Origin: an uncultured Gemmatimonadaceae bacterium
GTDB taxonomy: Bacteria; Gemmatimonadota; Gemmatimonadetes; Gemmatimonadales; Gemmatimonadaceae
Assembly: GCA_963790305.1 (NCBI GenBank)
Contig: CAWBOC010000003.1
Coordinates: forward strand, 32,001-96,000
Direction of reading: 5' to 3'
Length of the DNA stretch: 64,000 nt
In this document: piece by piece, positions 10,369 to 21,662 of the stretch
Layout: each line of letters begins with the position of its first letter
Numbering within the stretch: position 1 is the stretch's first letter
The notes under the pieces: model-generated
Seen by the model: the letters and a program-made list of their open reading frames with translations, nothing else
What the model was told of the DNA's origin: nothing
Databases searched by the model: none
Program-made: the position numbers and the translations under genes

Positions 10369-12665
10369 TCCGCCTGACGAGCGCGCCCCAGCAGGGCGTT
10401 GATGCGCGCGCTCAGGGCGCGCGGGCGGAACGGCTTGGTGAGGAAATCGCTCGCGCCATACTCGAATACGCGCACCTCGCTGTCCTCGTCGCCCTTGGCG
10501 GTCAGCACGATCACCGGCAGCGCCGGCGGTCGCCGGGCGGGCGCGCAGGTGGCTGAGGACGCCGTAGCCGTCGAGACGCGGAAGGTTGAGGTCGAGCACG
10601 ACGATGTCGGGAGCACCGCGATCGACCTCATCCAGAGCGAGGACGCCGTCGCTCGCTTCGAGAACGGTGAAGCCCTCTCGCTCGAGAAGCTCGCGAAGCA
10701 CGCGTCGGAGGGGCTCCTCGTCCTCTACCAGCAGCACCGTCGCGTGCTCGCGTCGCGCCGTCGCATGTGGCGTGAGGTCGTCGAGCAGCTCGAAGGCGGC
10801 GCCGTGAACCGTGGTCGCCGGGGCCGGCATCCGGCTGCGGCGTCCGCGCGTTGCCGTGCGCGTTGTCACGCGCCCGTCCCCGCCTTCCGCGCCGGTGGCG
10901 ATCCGCCGGGTCGCGAGGTCGTGGGTCGTGAGGGATCCTCCTGCGGGATCTCGAGCACGCGCAGCAGCTCTTCGATCGTCGTCTCGCCGCCAATGACCCG
11001 ACTCAGTCCCGACTCCCACAGTGATCGCATTCCCGCCTTCGCGCGCCGCATCGGCCACGCGATCGACGCTCTCGCCCGCCGAGATTCGCCGTTCCACTTC
11101 GGGATTCGATACGAGCACCTCGACGACGGCCATGCGGCCACGGTAGCCCGTCTGCGAGCAGTGGTCGCAGCCCGCGGCACGGAAGAGCGGCGTGCCCGCC
11201 GGTATCCATGGGCGCAGGCGATCCGGGATGGGGTCCATCCACACTTCGCGGCACTGCGGGCAGACCCGCCGCAGCAGTCGCTGCGCGATGATTCCCTTCA
11301 GCGCTGCCGCCAGCTTGTAGCTCTCGACGCCGATGTCGGTGAGGCGCGTGATCGAGCTCGCGGCATCGATGGTGTGCAGCGTCGTGAGCACGAGGTGGCC
11401 GGTGAGCGACGCCTGTACGGCCGTCGCCGCCGTCTCGCGGTCGCGCACCTCTCCGACGAGGACCACGTCAGGATCCTGACGCAGAATCGAGCGAAGAGCG
11501 GCGGCGAAGGTGAGTCCTGCCTTCTCGTGGACCTGCACCTGAACGACGCCCTGTAGCCGATACTCGACCGGGTCCTCGACGGTAACAATGTTGACGCCGC
11601 GCGTCTGGATCTGACGAAGGGCGGAATAGAGCGTCGTCGTCTTGCCCGATCCCGTGGGGCCGGTGACGAGGATGACGCCCTCGCGCATTTCCAGCAGTCG
11701 CTTGATGCGGTCGAGCTCGTCGGTGCGAAGCCCCATCCCGTCGAGCGAGAGGACCGTCGCACGCGTATCGAGAATACGTACGACGACTTTCTCGCCCTGC
11801 GACGCCGGCAGCGTCGACACGCGAAGGTCGATCGGCACACCATTCACCGCCACGCGAGCGCGGCCGTCCTGCGGGCGCAGCCGGTCCGCGATGTCGAGGC
11901 CCGACATGATCTTGATGCGCGACACGAGCGGGATGCCGGCGGCGCGCGGCAACACCATCGTTTGCCGAAGCACGCCATCGATGCGGTATCGAACGGCGAC
12001 ACCACCTTCCTCCGGCTCGAGGTGGATGTCGCTCGCGCGCGACGTGATCCCTTCGGCGAAGATGTGGTCGACGAGCCGGATGATCGGGCGCTCCGCCGAT
12101 GCCTTCTCGCCGCCGAGCTCCATGTCGTCCTGCGCCTGGACGTCGGCGATGGCCTGGATGTCGTAGTTCGCGCTGACGTTCTCGAGAATCTTCGAGACGA
12201 CGTTCTCCGGGCCGATACAGCTCATCGAGCCGCTCGGCGATTTTCGTCGGCGCGGCCAGGGACATCTTCACCGTGCGTCCGGTGGCAAACGCGAGCGTTC
12301 GCTCGCAGTCGAGATCGTGTGGATCGGCGGTGGCGATCTCCAAGCGCCGAGTCGCTGATCGTCAGCGGAATGATGCGGTACTTCCGCGCCAGCGGCTCGG
12401 GAACGTGCTCCCGCGCCTGCGGCGTCGCGAGGGAGAGGTTCGCGATCTTCATGTGAAACCGCGACGCGAGCGCGGTCAGGATCTCATCATCGGTGATGAA
12501 TCCGCGACGCACCGCTGTCTCCCAGTAGCTGTCCTGGGCGGCTGTTTTCAGCACGCCGACGGACTCCTTCGATAGGAGCGTCTCCAGCGTGGGCAACAGC
12601 CAATCGTCGCGAACGTGACCCTTCGACACGGCAGCTCCAACAGGGACCGAGGGCGCGTTCGCCAT
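10365..12665 (-). CDS. GspE/PilB family secretion/pilus ATPase with C-terminal (fused or translationally coupled) receiver domain; several frameshifts
   Basis: ASDIHLEP, PQDGR, GPTGSGKTTT, EDPVEY, LRQDPD, TGHLVLTTLH, CPQC/CDHC; receiver domain LLVEDE...VVLDLNLPRLDG...LTA...KPF. Confidence 0.88.
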
Positions 12666-12759
12666 CGGGCAGGAGGTGGCCCAGGAGGTAGACCGAGTCG
12701 CATACGGGCTCCCGGCCATAACTTAGACGATCGAAGACCGAAACGAGATATTGAGAGTC

Positions 12760-12846
12760 AAAGGCGCTAGAGGCGCTAAAGGCGCTAGAGGCGCTAAGGA
12801 GTTTCGCTTTAGCGCCTTTAGCGCTTCTAGCGCCTCTAGCGCCTTG
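12760..12846. repeat. Palindromic nonamer element, family A copy 2
   Basis: Four (A/G)AGGCGCTA units followed by four inverted TAGCGC(C/T)T(T/C) units. Confidence 0.9.
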
Positions 12847-12850
12847 TCGT

Positions 12851-14929
12851 TCACAGCACCCGCCAGAGCTCGGGCGTCACGTCCACGCTGAACGTCCACT
12901 TACCGTCGCGAAGGCCACGGCCGACGTCGAGGCGAAGGGCGTCGAAGAACAGCAGCGCGCCCGTTCCGAGGCTCGGGTACCAGCCTGCCGGGCGCTCGGC
13001 GGCCGATCGCGCGAGGAAGACGACGTGGGCGAAGGGCGCGAGAGTCATCCGCGGCGGCGCTTCGCCAAATCGCCCCAGCGGAATCGCCACGAAAGGTGCC
13101 GGGATGCGCCACTCAATGCGCTGGCTTCCGCCGATATCGCCTACGAGCTCGTGGTAATCGTACCCCGGCCCGCTCACCGGGCCACCCAGATACACCAGCT
13201 CCTGTGGGGGGACGCCCGGGGAGCTCGCATCCACCGCCGCGAAGGTGGTTCGCGAGATGACGCGGTAGCGTCCGAGCGGACGCTCGAGGGCGGCATCGAG
13301 GAATAGCCGAGCCGTTCGCGGATTGTTGGGTGCGGTCGCGTCGACCGGCCGAAACCACAGAGCGCGAGCTTCGCCTTGCACCCGCAGCTCCGTGCCGCCC
13401 ACGAAGAGCGATGTCGGGCGATCGAACGACAGGGCGAGGCGGGTGGCGCGCGCATCGAGGGCATCGATCACCGGCTCGTAGGTCCCGCGGGATGGGGTGG
13501 CAACGACCTGAACCGGATCGTGTCGCTCGTAGGCAGCGGTAACGCGCCAGCCCATGCCTAACGCTTTCCCGAGATCGACGGCGAGACCGGCAGCTCGCGT
13601 GTCGAACGGCTCCGTGGCGTCACTGCCGAACTCCTGCGCCGCGATGGAGTTGACGAGCCCCGACCGCTCGACAATGTCACCGGCGTCGCGGTACTCTCGC
13701 TCCGCGAACAGATGCAGACCGACACCGCTCGCACGCATCCACGAGAGTCCGACGCGCCCCTTGAGCTGCTCATCGGAGAGCCCATAGCGCGCCTGAATAG
13801 CAGTGCGCACACCGCCGCCGAGCGCGCGCGAAATGCCGGCGCCGAGGGCAAGTCCTTCGGCGCGCCGAACGCGGGCGACATCGGAAATCCCCCGCGCGGC
13901 CACCGTCGCGCGGCGACTGCGGGCGAGCGCCTGGGCGCGCACCAGCCGCCGGGCCTCTTCCTGGATGATGCGGACCTCGGGATCGGTGGGCGCACGTACG
14001 TCGGGCGGGAGCGAATCGAGAATCGCGCCGCCCCAGCGATGCACGTCCATCACGCGCTGCGGCGCCTGCACGATCTCCGGTCCGTTGAACAGTGCGAGGT
14101 CCAAGCCCGTGTTTACGTCGTGACAGCAGATCTCCCACCGCCCGCGGATGATTCCGCGGACGGGGAAATCCATCCACGTTCCGGCGCGACGGATCTCGAT
14201 CTCCTGTCGTCGCGGAAGCCAGAAGGTGCCAGACACGAGGGCGTTGTCGAGGACAACCGCCAGATCCTCGAGCTGCCGATCCACGAACGCGGCGCGTGTG
14301 AAGTTGAACGCCATGCGCACGAGCTGAGCGCTCTCGCGCTCGATGAAGAGCGCGCCGACGACCCGGGGCTGGGTGTCGTCCGTCGGTCGCACCCGTACGA
14401 TCGCCACCGCGATCGTGCGATCGGGGAGACGCATCTCGATCGAGTCGCCGATCGCGAAGTCGTAGACCCCAAGGCCCTGCGGGCTGAGCGGATGCGGAAC
14501 GTCGCGCACCTCATCGCCGTCTCCGATGCGAATGACCTCGGGAAAATTGTTCTGGACGATGCCGAGGTGATCCCGGTGGTACGCGATGTCCGTCGGGAGC
14601 AGGAGGGTATCGCGTCGACCGATGATTCGCTGCTTGCTCAGCCCGGGAGCGCGCCAGTACACTTCCAGGGCGAGCTCATCCGCCTTGATGACCTTCGGCG
14701 GCTCGGTGAAGCCTTCACCGAGTTGAGCGAGAAAGGTGACGTACCCGCGTGCGATGGCGCGCCAGTCGTGCAGCGCCGTGTCGGCGAGTTGGCGCTCGCG
14801 GAGCTCGGTCGCGCGATGCACGAGCGCCATCGTTCGCGCATCGTTCCACTCTGATTGCGCCCTCGCGGGCGTGATGAGCGGCCCCAGGAGACAGCACGCG
14901 GCTGCCATCGCCGCGAAAAGGCGGAGCAT
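12851..14929 (-). CDS. Large exported protein, probably outer-membrane with a C-terminal BamA/TamA-like beta-barrel
   Basis: Signal peptide ending ARA-Q; amphipathic beta strands and YLGG...GY, SLGTG...LRLDVGRGL near the C-terminus. Confidence 0.6.
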   Translation of the reverse strand: MLRLFAAMAAACCLLGPLITPARAQSEWNDARTMALVHRATELRERQLADTALHDWRAIARGYVTFLAQLGEGFTEPPKVIKADELALEVYWRAPGLSKQRIIGRRDTLLLPTDIAYHRDHLGIVQNNFPEVIRIGDGDEVRDVPHPLSPQGLGVYDFAIGDSIEMRLPDRTIAVAIVRVRPTDDTQPRVVGALFIERESAQLVRMAFNFTRAAFVDRQLEDLAVVLDNALVSGTFWLPRRQEIEIRRAGTWMDFPVRGIIRGRWEICCHDVNTGLDLALFNGPEIVQAPQRVMDVHRWGGAILDSLPPDVRAPTDPEVRIIQEEARRLVRAQALARSRRATVAARGISDVARVRRAEGLALGAGISRALGGGVRTAIQARYGLSDEQLKGRVGLSWMRASGVGLHLFAEREYRDAGDIVERSGLVNSIAAQEFGSDATEPFDTRAAGLAVDLGKALGMGWRVTAAYERHDPVQVVATPSRGTYEPVIDALDARATRLALSFDRPTSLFVGGTELRVQGEARALWFRPVDATAPNNPRTARLFLDAALERPLGRYRVISRTTFAAVDASSPGVPPQELVYLGGPVSGPGYDYHELVGDIGGSQRIEWRIPAPFVAIPLGRFGEAPPRMTLAPFAHVVFLARSAAERPAGWYPSLGTGALLFFDALRLDVGRGLRDGKWTFSVDVTPELWRVL

Positions 14930-14977
14930 GACGAGCGAATATCGCCGTGGGTGCATCGTGCGGCAAGCGCACGATCA

Positions 14978-16509
14978 GTGACGTCGGAGCGATTCGTCGC
15001 GCTCGCGCGCGGCGCGGAGCGCGAGCGCACGCTCATTCCCGGTGTGGCGCGACGTGCTGCTCGACACCGATACGCCCGTCTCGGCCTTCGCGAAGCTCCG
15101 GCGTGGACCATTCGCCTTTCTGCTCGAATCGGCTCCCGCGGGCGGCGAGACGTGGGCGCGATACACGTTCCTCGGGACGGAGCCCGCGGGGGCGTGGCGG
15201 CTTCGCGATGGCGTCGTGGACGAGTGGCATCCGGAGCGTGGATGGCATGGTGCTCGCCGACCGGCGGACCCCATCGCGGACCTCGGCGCGCGGCTGCGCG
15301 AGTACGAGCCTGCCGCGGTTCCCGAGCTCGGCGCATTCTGGGGCGGGGCGGTTGGCTACTTCGGCTACGATGTGGTACGCCTCATCGAGCGACTCCCCCA
15401 CCCTCCACCTCGCTCCCTCGACGTACCCGACGCGCTGATGGTGCTGACGCGTGCGGTCGTCATCATCGACAACCTCCGGTCCCGCGCGCGCATCGTGATC
15501 GGCGTTCCGGTGGAATCCACCCTCGATGATCGCGCGCTACGTTCGTTGTACGATGAAGCCGAGCAGGAAATCGACGCGCTCGCGGCGCGACTGCGGGAGC
15601 CCGTAGATCTGCCAGCGCTCGACGTCGAAAGCCCAGGAGCGACTGCCGCTGCGCGCAGCTCGATGAGTCGCTCGGAGTTCGAGGCCGGTGTGCGGCGTAT
15701 CAAAGAGTACATTCTCGCCGGCGACGCGTTTCAGGTTCTGCTGGCGCGGCGCTTCGAGATGCCGCTCGACTTCGATCCGGCGACGCTCTACCGCGCCCTG
15801 CGCGCCCTCAATCCGTCGCCGTACATGTTTCACCTGGTGCTCGACGGCCTGGAGCTGGTGGGCTCCAGCCCCGAGCTTCTCGTGCGCGTCGCCAACGCGC
15901 CGTCTCACCGTACGACCGATCGCGGGTACGCGCCCCCGGGGCCTCACGCCCGATGAGGATGCGGCGCTGGCGGCGGAGCTCCTCGCCGATGAAAAGGAGC
16001 GCGCCGAGCACATCATGCTGGTCGATCTGGGCCGCAACGACGTTGGACGGGTTGCCCGATTCGGCTCGGTCGAAGTGAGTGAGCTGTTCGGCGTGGAGCG
16101 CTACAGCCACGTGCTGCATCTCGTGAGCCAGGTCGACGGGGCGCTTCGTGCGGAGCTCGACGCCCTCGACGCGCTGAGGGCGACGTTTCCCGCGGGTACG
16201 ATGACGGGCGCGCCCAAGGTGCGCGCGATGGAGATCATCGACGAGCTCGAGCCGGAGCGACGCGGTCCGTACGCCGGGGCTGTCGGCTACATCGCCGCCG
16301 GGGCCACGCGCATGGATCTCGCGATTGCGATCCGCACCTGCATGATCGCGGGCGGAGTAGCGTCCGTCTCCGCGGGCGCCGGCATTGTCGCAGACTCGGT
16401 CCCGGAGCGAGAGTGGGAAGAAACGGAGAACAAGGCGCGCGCCCTGCTCCTGGCCATCGGCATGGCTCGGCGCGCGCTAGAAGCGAGCACGACCGCACGC
16501 CATATTTGA
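14978..16509 (+). CDS. trpE: Anthranilate synthase component I; frameshifts near 15040 and 15900
   Basis: [66 protein letters not shown]. Confidence 0.9.
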
Positions 16510-16516
16510 CCACTCA

Positions 16517-18121
16517 ATGCGTCTGAAGCTCGTCGGCACCGATGGCGCGCAGTCGTTCGAGCTGCGCGAAGGCCCGCCACTCGTCGTGGGGCGCGCGCCG
16601 AACAGCGACGTTCCGATCTTCGATCCCACGATCTCGCGCCGACATGCCGAGGTCGAGTGCGGTGAAGGCGGATTCGCGATTCGCGACCTCGGGTCCAGCA
16701 ACGGGACGTATGTGAATGGCGAGCGCGTCACCCATCGCGCGATAACGCCCGGCGACGTGCTGACGTTCGGGAAGGTGTCCTTCCGGGTGGCGGAAGCTCC
16801 CGATCTCCCCATCGCGCCGCCGCGCACGTCGTCAGCTCATCCAACGCCCGACACCGGACCGCGCAGCAGCGGAACCATTCGCCGGGAGCTTTCGGCATCC
16901 GGCACGCGCGGGCTGTTATCGAGTCGGCTCCGCGGCCCGGACATCACTGCCTCGCCGAGCGATGACGCGAGCCAGGACGAGCGCCGCCTCGCGCTTCTGG
17001 TGGAGATCGCCAAGGGACTGTCGGGCGCGGTCGACATCAACAGCCTGCTCGACAAGATCGCGACGTACGTCTTCCAGATCTTCGACGCGGACCGCGTCGC
17101 GATCAACCTGCTCGGCGACACCGGTGAGATGGTGCCGAAGATCTCGCGCGATCGCCGCGGCACGGAAGCGGGACGCACGGTGCCGCAGTCGATCGCACGC
17201 AAGGTGATTCAGGAGAAGGTCGCGGTGCTCACCGACAACGCGCCGGAGGACGAGCGGTTCGGTGGCCAATCGATCCTCCTCCAAAGCGTGCGGTCAGCCA
17301 TGTGCGCGCCACTGCTCGGCACCGATCATGAGGTGCAGGGCGTGCTCTACGTGGACAACCAGGCGGCGACTCACCAGTTCGGCGATGAGGATCTCGATTT
17401 TCTCGTCGCGTTCTCCGGGATCGGCGGTGTCGCCATCGAAAACAGCAAATTCGGCGAGCGCATTCGAAAGGAAGCGCTCGTGCGCAGCAACTTCGAGCGC
17501 TACTTCGCGCCCTCGCTGGCGGCGCGTATCGCGAGCTCGCCCGACGCCGTGCGCCTCGGCGGTGACAAACGAGCGATCGCCGTGCTATTCAGCGACATTC
17601 GCGGCTTCACCGCGTTGTCGGAGACGATGAATCCCGACGACATGGCGTCGCTGCTCAGCGAGTACTTCAGCGAGATGGTCGATTGTGTGTTTCGCCACGG
17701 CGGGACGCTCGACAAGTTCATGGGCGACGCGGTCATGGCGCAGTGGGGCGCCCCCATCGCCGCCGAGGACGACGCCGATCGCGCCATGACGGCCGCGCTC
17801 GACATGATCCGCGGGCTCGATGAGCTCAACAAGAAATGGCGCACCGCTGGCAAGCCCACGCTCCAGATTGGCATTGGGCTCAACTACGGTGAGGCATTCG
17901 CCGGGAACATTGGCTCGGAGAAGCGGCTCGAGTTCACCGTCATTGGCGATGCCGTCAACACCGCGGCCCGACTGTGCTCCGCGGCCGACGGCGGTGAGAT
18001 CCTGCTCACCGAGGAGATGAGGCGCGCGCTGCGCCATCCGCCGAAGCTGAAGGAACGAGCCCCGATGGAGCTGAAGGGAAAGGCGCAGCCGGTCCCGGTG
18101 TACTCCATCGTGCGCAAATGA
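16517..18121 (+). CDS. FHA-GAF-class III adenylate cyclase
   Basis: FHA (GR...SRRH...DLGSSNGT), GAF (SAMCAPL...GVLYVDN), cyclase (FSDIRGFT, DKFMGDA, TVIGDAVNTAARL). Confidence 0.92.
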   Translation: MRLKLVGTDGAQSFELREGPPLVVGRAPNSDVPIFDPTISRRHAEVECGEGGFAIRDLGSSNGTYVNGERVTHRAITPGDVLTFGKVSFRVAEAPDLPIAPPRTSSAHPTPDTGPRSSGTIRRELSASGTRGLLSSRLRGPDITASPSDDASQDERRLALLVEIAKGLSGAVDINSLLDKIATYVFQIFDADRVAINLLGDTGEMVPKISRDRRGTEAGRTVPQSIARKVIQEKVAVLTDNAPEDERFGGQSILLQSVRSAMCAPLLGTDHEVQGVLYVDNQAATHQFGDEDLDFLVAFSGIGGVAIENSKFGERIRKEALVRSNFERYFAPSLAARIASSPDAVRLGGDKRAIAVLFSDIRGFTALSETMNPDDMASLLSEYFSEMVDCVFRHGGTLDKFMGDAVMAQWGAPIAAEDDADRAMTAALDMIRGLDELNKKWRTAGKPTLQIGIGLNYGEAFAGNIGSEKRLEFTVIGDAVNTAARLCSAADGGEILLTEEMRRALRHPPKLKERAPMELKGKAQPVPVYSIVRK

Positions 18122-18898
18122 CGCGAGCCGCCGAGGGGCCCCGGGATACGAGCGGCTCGTTCGTCCGGGCGTCGAGACGGTCGCGCGGCGCATCGCTGGC
18201 CGGTCCCGTGGACGAGGCGCTCGCCGCCGGGCTCGCTTTACGACTACGCGGCCCACCATCCCCAGGCGCGGCCCCTGCACGGCCGCGGCGTCGCGTACGC
18301 CGTTCCGCTTCCGGATGGTGAGACCCGTGTCGTCGTGCGACGCTCGAGGCATGGTGGATGGCTTGCGCCGCTCACGGGAGAGATCTTTCTGCGTCCCACG
18401 CGCGCGCCGCACGAGCTGGAGGTGTCGCTTCGTCTGGCCCGCGAGGGTATCCCGACACCCGAGGTCGTCGCCTACAGCACGTACGAGGTTGCCCCGCTGC
18501 TACGGCGAGCCGATGTCGCGACGCGCGAGGTACCCGACGCCTTGGATCTCGCCGCGACCCTCGACCGTGACCGCGATCCGTCGGCAGTGCGCGATGCGGT
18601 GCGCGTGGTCGCGAAGCTCCTCGCGCGCATGGCCGTCGCGGGCGTCCGGCACCCCGATCTGAATGTGCGAAACGTGCTGATCGCCCGCGATGAAAACGGC
18701 AACCGCGAGGCGTGGCTCCTCGACGTCGACCGGGTGTGGTTCGATGCGCGGCGGCATCCCCGAGTGCGCGAAGCCAACCTGAGTCGCTTTGCGCGCTCGG
18801 CGCGAAAGCTCCGGGAGCGCGAGGGGCTTCCGGTCGGCGATGGCGAGATGGCACTGCTTGCGGCGCTTGCCCGCGAGGAGGAGGAGGCGCTGCCCTGA
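18118..18898 (+). CDS. kdkA: Kdo kinase / LPS kinase (KdkA/InaA family); frameshifts in the 5' third
   Basis: VVRRSRHGG, E...L...GIPTP, HPDLNVRNVL, WLLDVDR, NLSRFARS; ATGA overlap with the cyclase stop. Confidence 0.75.
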
Positions 18899-19927
18899 TC
18901 GCCACTCCGCTCGAGCGCATCTGCATCGTGATGATGAGCGCGGTCGGTGATGCGGTGCATGTGCTGCCGCTCATTACCGCGCTCAAGCGTCACCGGCCGC
19001 GGACGCGCATCACGTGGGTTCTCCAGCCCGGTCCAGCGTCGCTCGTCCGCGGCCATCCCGATGTGGACGAGATCATCCTCTTCGAGCGCAAGAAAGGGTG
19101 GCGGGCCTTCGCGGACGTTCGGCGCGCCTTGCGAGAGCGCACGTTCGACGTCGTGCTGTCGCTGCAAGTCTACTTCAAGGCGGGTGTCATCACCGGTTTC
19201 GCACGCGCCCCGGTCAAGCTCGGATTCGACCGTGCCCGCGCTCGCGATCTCAACTGGCTGTTCACCACGCACCGCATTCCGGCACGCCCCAATCAGCACG
19301 TCCAGGATCAGTACTTCGAGTTTCTCGAGGCGCTGGGGGTGCCTCACGAGCCTGTCACGTGGAATCTCGGCCCCTGGCCGCACTGAGTCCGAGATGCGCC
19401 GGGCCTTCGTGGCGACACTTCCCCGCCCCGCCGTGACGCTGGTGCTGGCGACGAGCAACCCGCACAAGGACTGGATCCCCGAGCGATGGGCGGAGCTCGT
19501 CGATGTACTGTACGAGGACTTCGGCCTTCACCCGGTGCTGGCCGGCGGACGCAGCGCCCGCGAGCTCGCGGTGCAGGAAACCATCATGCGCCTGGCGCGC
19601 CACACCCCCCACACGACGTTAGGCGTGCCGCTGCGCGAGCTGGTGTGGCTCATCGATGCGTCGGAGCTGGTGATCTCTCCCGACACGGGCCCGCTCCACA
19701 TGGCGGTGGCACTCGACACGCCGGTCATCGGGTTGATGGGCTACAACAACCCGAAGCGCATCGGGCCCTATCGGAAGTTTCACGATCTCATGCTGGATGT
19801 GTATGGTGATCCCGGAGAGCATTACCCGATCTCACCCGAGCATCGCGAAGGGCGCATGGCGCGGATCCAGGTGGCGGACGTCGTGGACAGGGTGCGGCTG
19901 TGGAGGGCGAGGTACCAGTCGGGATAG
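18895..19927 (+). CDS. Glycosyltransferase family 9 (OpsX-like heptosyltransferase); frameshift near 19380, start uncertain
   Basis: MSAVGDAVH, LGFDRARARDLNWLFT, SPDTGPLHMAVAL. Confidence 0.88.
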
Positions 19928-19932
19928 GGTGT

Positions 19933-20004
19933 CGAGGATGGCGAGGTGATCAAGGTGACCTCGCCTCGATCACCTCGACCACCTCGCCATCCTCGCCCAC
20001 CTCA
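19933..20004. repeat. Palindromic nonamer element (CGAGGTGAT/CGAGGATGG units) between convergent genes
   Basis: CGAGGATGG CGAGGTGAT CAAGGTGA followed by inverted ATCACCTCG ACCACCTCG CCATCCTCG. Confidence 0.8.
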
Positions 20005-20012
20005 TCTTGCCG

Positions 20013-21092
20013 TCACGCAGTAACAAGGCGGTACACCTCAATCGTCCGATCCACCATCCGGTCGACCGAGAATTCCTCGACCCGCGTGCGGGCGCGCGCG
20101 GCGAGGGACGCGGCGAAGTCTGGATTCGAGAGCAGCCTCACGATGCTCTCACCGAGCGCGGATGCGTCGCCGGGCGGCGACAAGAGTCCTGTCTCCCCAT
20201 CGGTGACGAACTCGGGAATTCCACCGGCGCGCGTCGCGGCGACCGGCACGCCGAACGCCATCGCGTCGAGCAAAACGCTTCCCATTCCCTCCTCCACGGA
20301 GCTCAGGGTCGCGATACGCGCAGCGGCCAGAATCTCATCGGCGTCGCGCCGAAAGCCCGTGAGTGACAACGTCCGGTCCAGGTCGAGCCTGGTCACCTCC
20401 GCCTGCACGATCGCGCGCAGCGGCCCTTCACCCACCAGAAGGCCACGAACTCGCGGGATGCGCTCACGCACCGCCGCGATCGCGCGAACGAAGGTCAAGG
20501 GATCCTTGTGGGCCACGAGCGCGGCCACCTGCACCACCAACAGCTCACCGGAGACAATACCTAACGACCTCAGGGCGTCGTCGCTCGCAGGCTGCACGCG
20601 TCGCGAGAGGTCGACGCCATCGGGGACGACGTGGATGCGGTCGCCTGGCACGCCCGCCTCCACGAGGACGGCGGCAACGGCCTTCGATACCGCGACCACG
20701 GCTTGCGCGCGACCGTACTTCAGGCGCGTGCCGAGGTTCCGGCGCAGCGCGAAATCCACACGCCGGGCGATGACGACTCTCGTCGCCGTCCCGAGCGTCG
20801 CCAGCGCACCAATCGCCGCGGCGTGGGCGGTGTGCGCGTGCACGATCTGCGCACCATGCCGCAGGATCGCGCGTCGGAGATCACGCGCCGCGAAGAGATC
20901 GAGCTCACCGCGCGGAGCGGCGTCGATGACCTCGAGCTTCAGCGCCTCGGCGCGTCGGGCCAGCTCGTCGTCGCGACGCGCGACGATGATCGCACGATGC
21001 CCGCGATCACGCATTCCCGTCGCGAGCCAGAGCACCTGGCGCTCTCCGCCGCGCCACCCTCGCTCCGTATCGACGTGAAGCACCGTCAACAC
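20013..21092 (-). CDS. Glycosyltransferase family 4
   Basis: HVDTERGWRGGERQ, HAHTAHA, EGMGSVLLDAMAFGVPVAAT. Confidence 0.92.
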   Translation of the reverse strand: MLTVLHVDTERGWRGGERQVLWLATGMRDRGHRAIIVARRDDELARRAEALKLEVIDAAPRGELDLFAARDLRRAILRHGAQIVHAHTAHAAAIGALATLGTATRVVIARRVDFALRRNLGTRLKYGRAQAVVAVSKAVAAVLVEAGVPGDRIHVVPDGVDLSRRVQPASDDALRSLGIVSGELLVVQVAALVAHKDPLTFVRAIAAVRERIPRVRGLLVGEGPLRAIVQAEVTRLDLDRTLSLTGFRRDADEILAAARIATLSSVEEGMGSVLLDAMAFGVPVAATRAGGIPEFVTDGETGLLSPPGDASALGESIVRLLSNPDFAASLAARARTRVEEFSVDRMVDRTIEVYRLVTA

Positions 21093-21108
21093 CGGAGCGC
21101 CCTCGGCG

Positions 21109-21378
21109 TCATTTCGTTTGCCGGTACTGCGGATCGTTATACATCTTGAACTGACGATACACCTTCGGCACCACCCTGCCCGCCGCTACATCGGACACGA
21201 GCTGCGATAGCTCTGCCGCGAGGTCGTCGCGCTGCAGTCGGAGCACCTCGAGCCGCGCCTCGCAGCGCTCACGGAACTCCGATGCAACGTCCTTTCGGTC
21301 CGCCTGCTCCTGCATGTGATAGATCTTGAGCTCGACGATGCTCAGCTTGTCCGCGAGCCACCCAACGGTCTCAGCCAC
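21109..21378 (-). CDS. DUF4254-like small protein (corresponds to the C-terminal half)
   Basis: [20 protein letters not shown]...[15 protein letters not shown] start overlaps the upstream gene end. Confidence 0.75.
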   Translation of the reverse strand: MAETVGWLADKLSIVELKIYHMQEQADRKDVASEFRERCEARLEVLRLQRDDLAAELSQLVSDVAAGRVVPKVYRQFKMYNDPQYRQTK

Positions 21379-21598
21379 GGCGGGCACCCGCCTCGCGTTG
21401 CGCCTCGCGCGCCGCCTGCATCACGGCCTCGTCGATGCGCTCGATGAGGTCGTTGCGACGCTGGTTGAGCTTGTCGACGTTTCGCTTGGCGGCGGCCACC
21501 TGATGATCGTCCTCGACGCGCGCCTTGTCCTCTTCGTGCCACAGCTCGATGTTCGTCTGGGCCAGTCGCGCGATCAGTGTACCGATGGTCTCATCCAT
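21371..21598 (-). CDS. DUF4254-like small protein (corresponds to the N-terminal half)
   Basis: [12 protein letters not shown]...[23 protein letters not shown]-rich RBS upstream. Confidence 0.75.
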   Translation of the reverse strand: MDETIGTLIARLAQTNIELWHEEDKARVEDDHQVAAAKRNVDKLNQRRNDLIERIDEAVMQAAREAQREAGARRG

Positions 21599-21662
21599 CC
21601 CTCACCTCACACTTCTGTATTGAGCCGTCCCTCGCCGCGTCCAGGGACGCGTGGCGGAGAAT

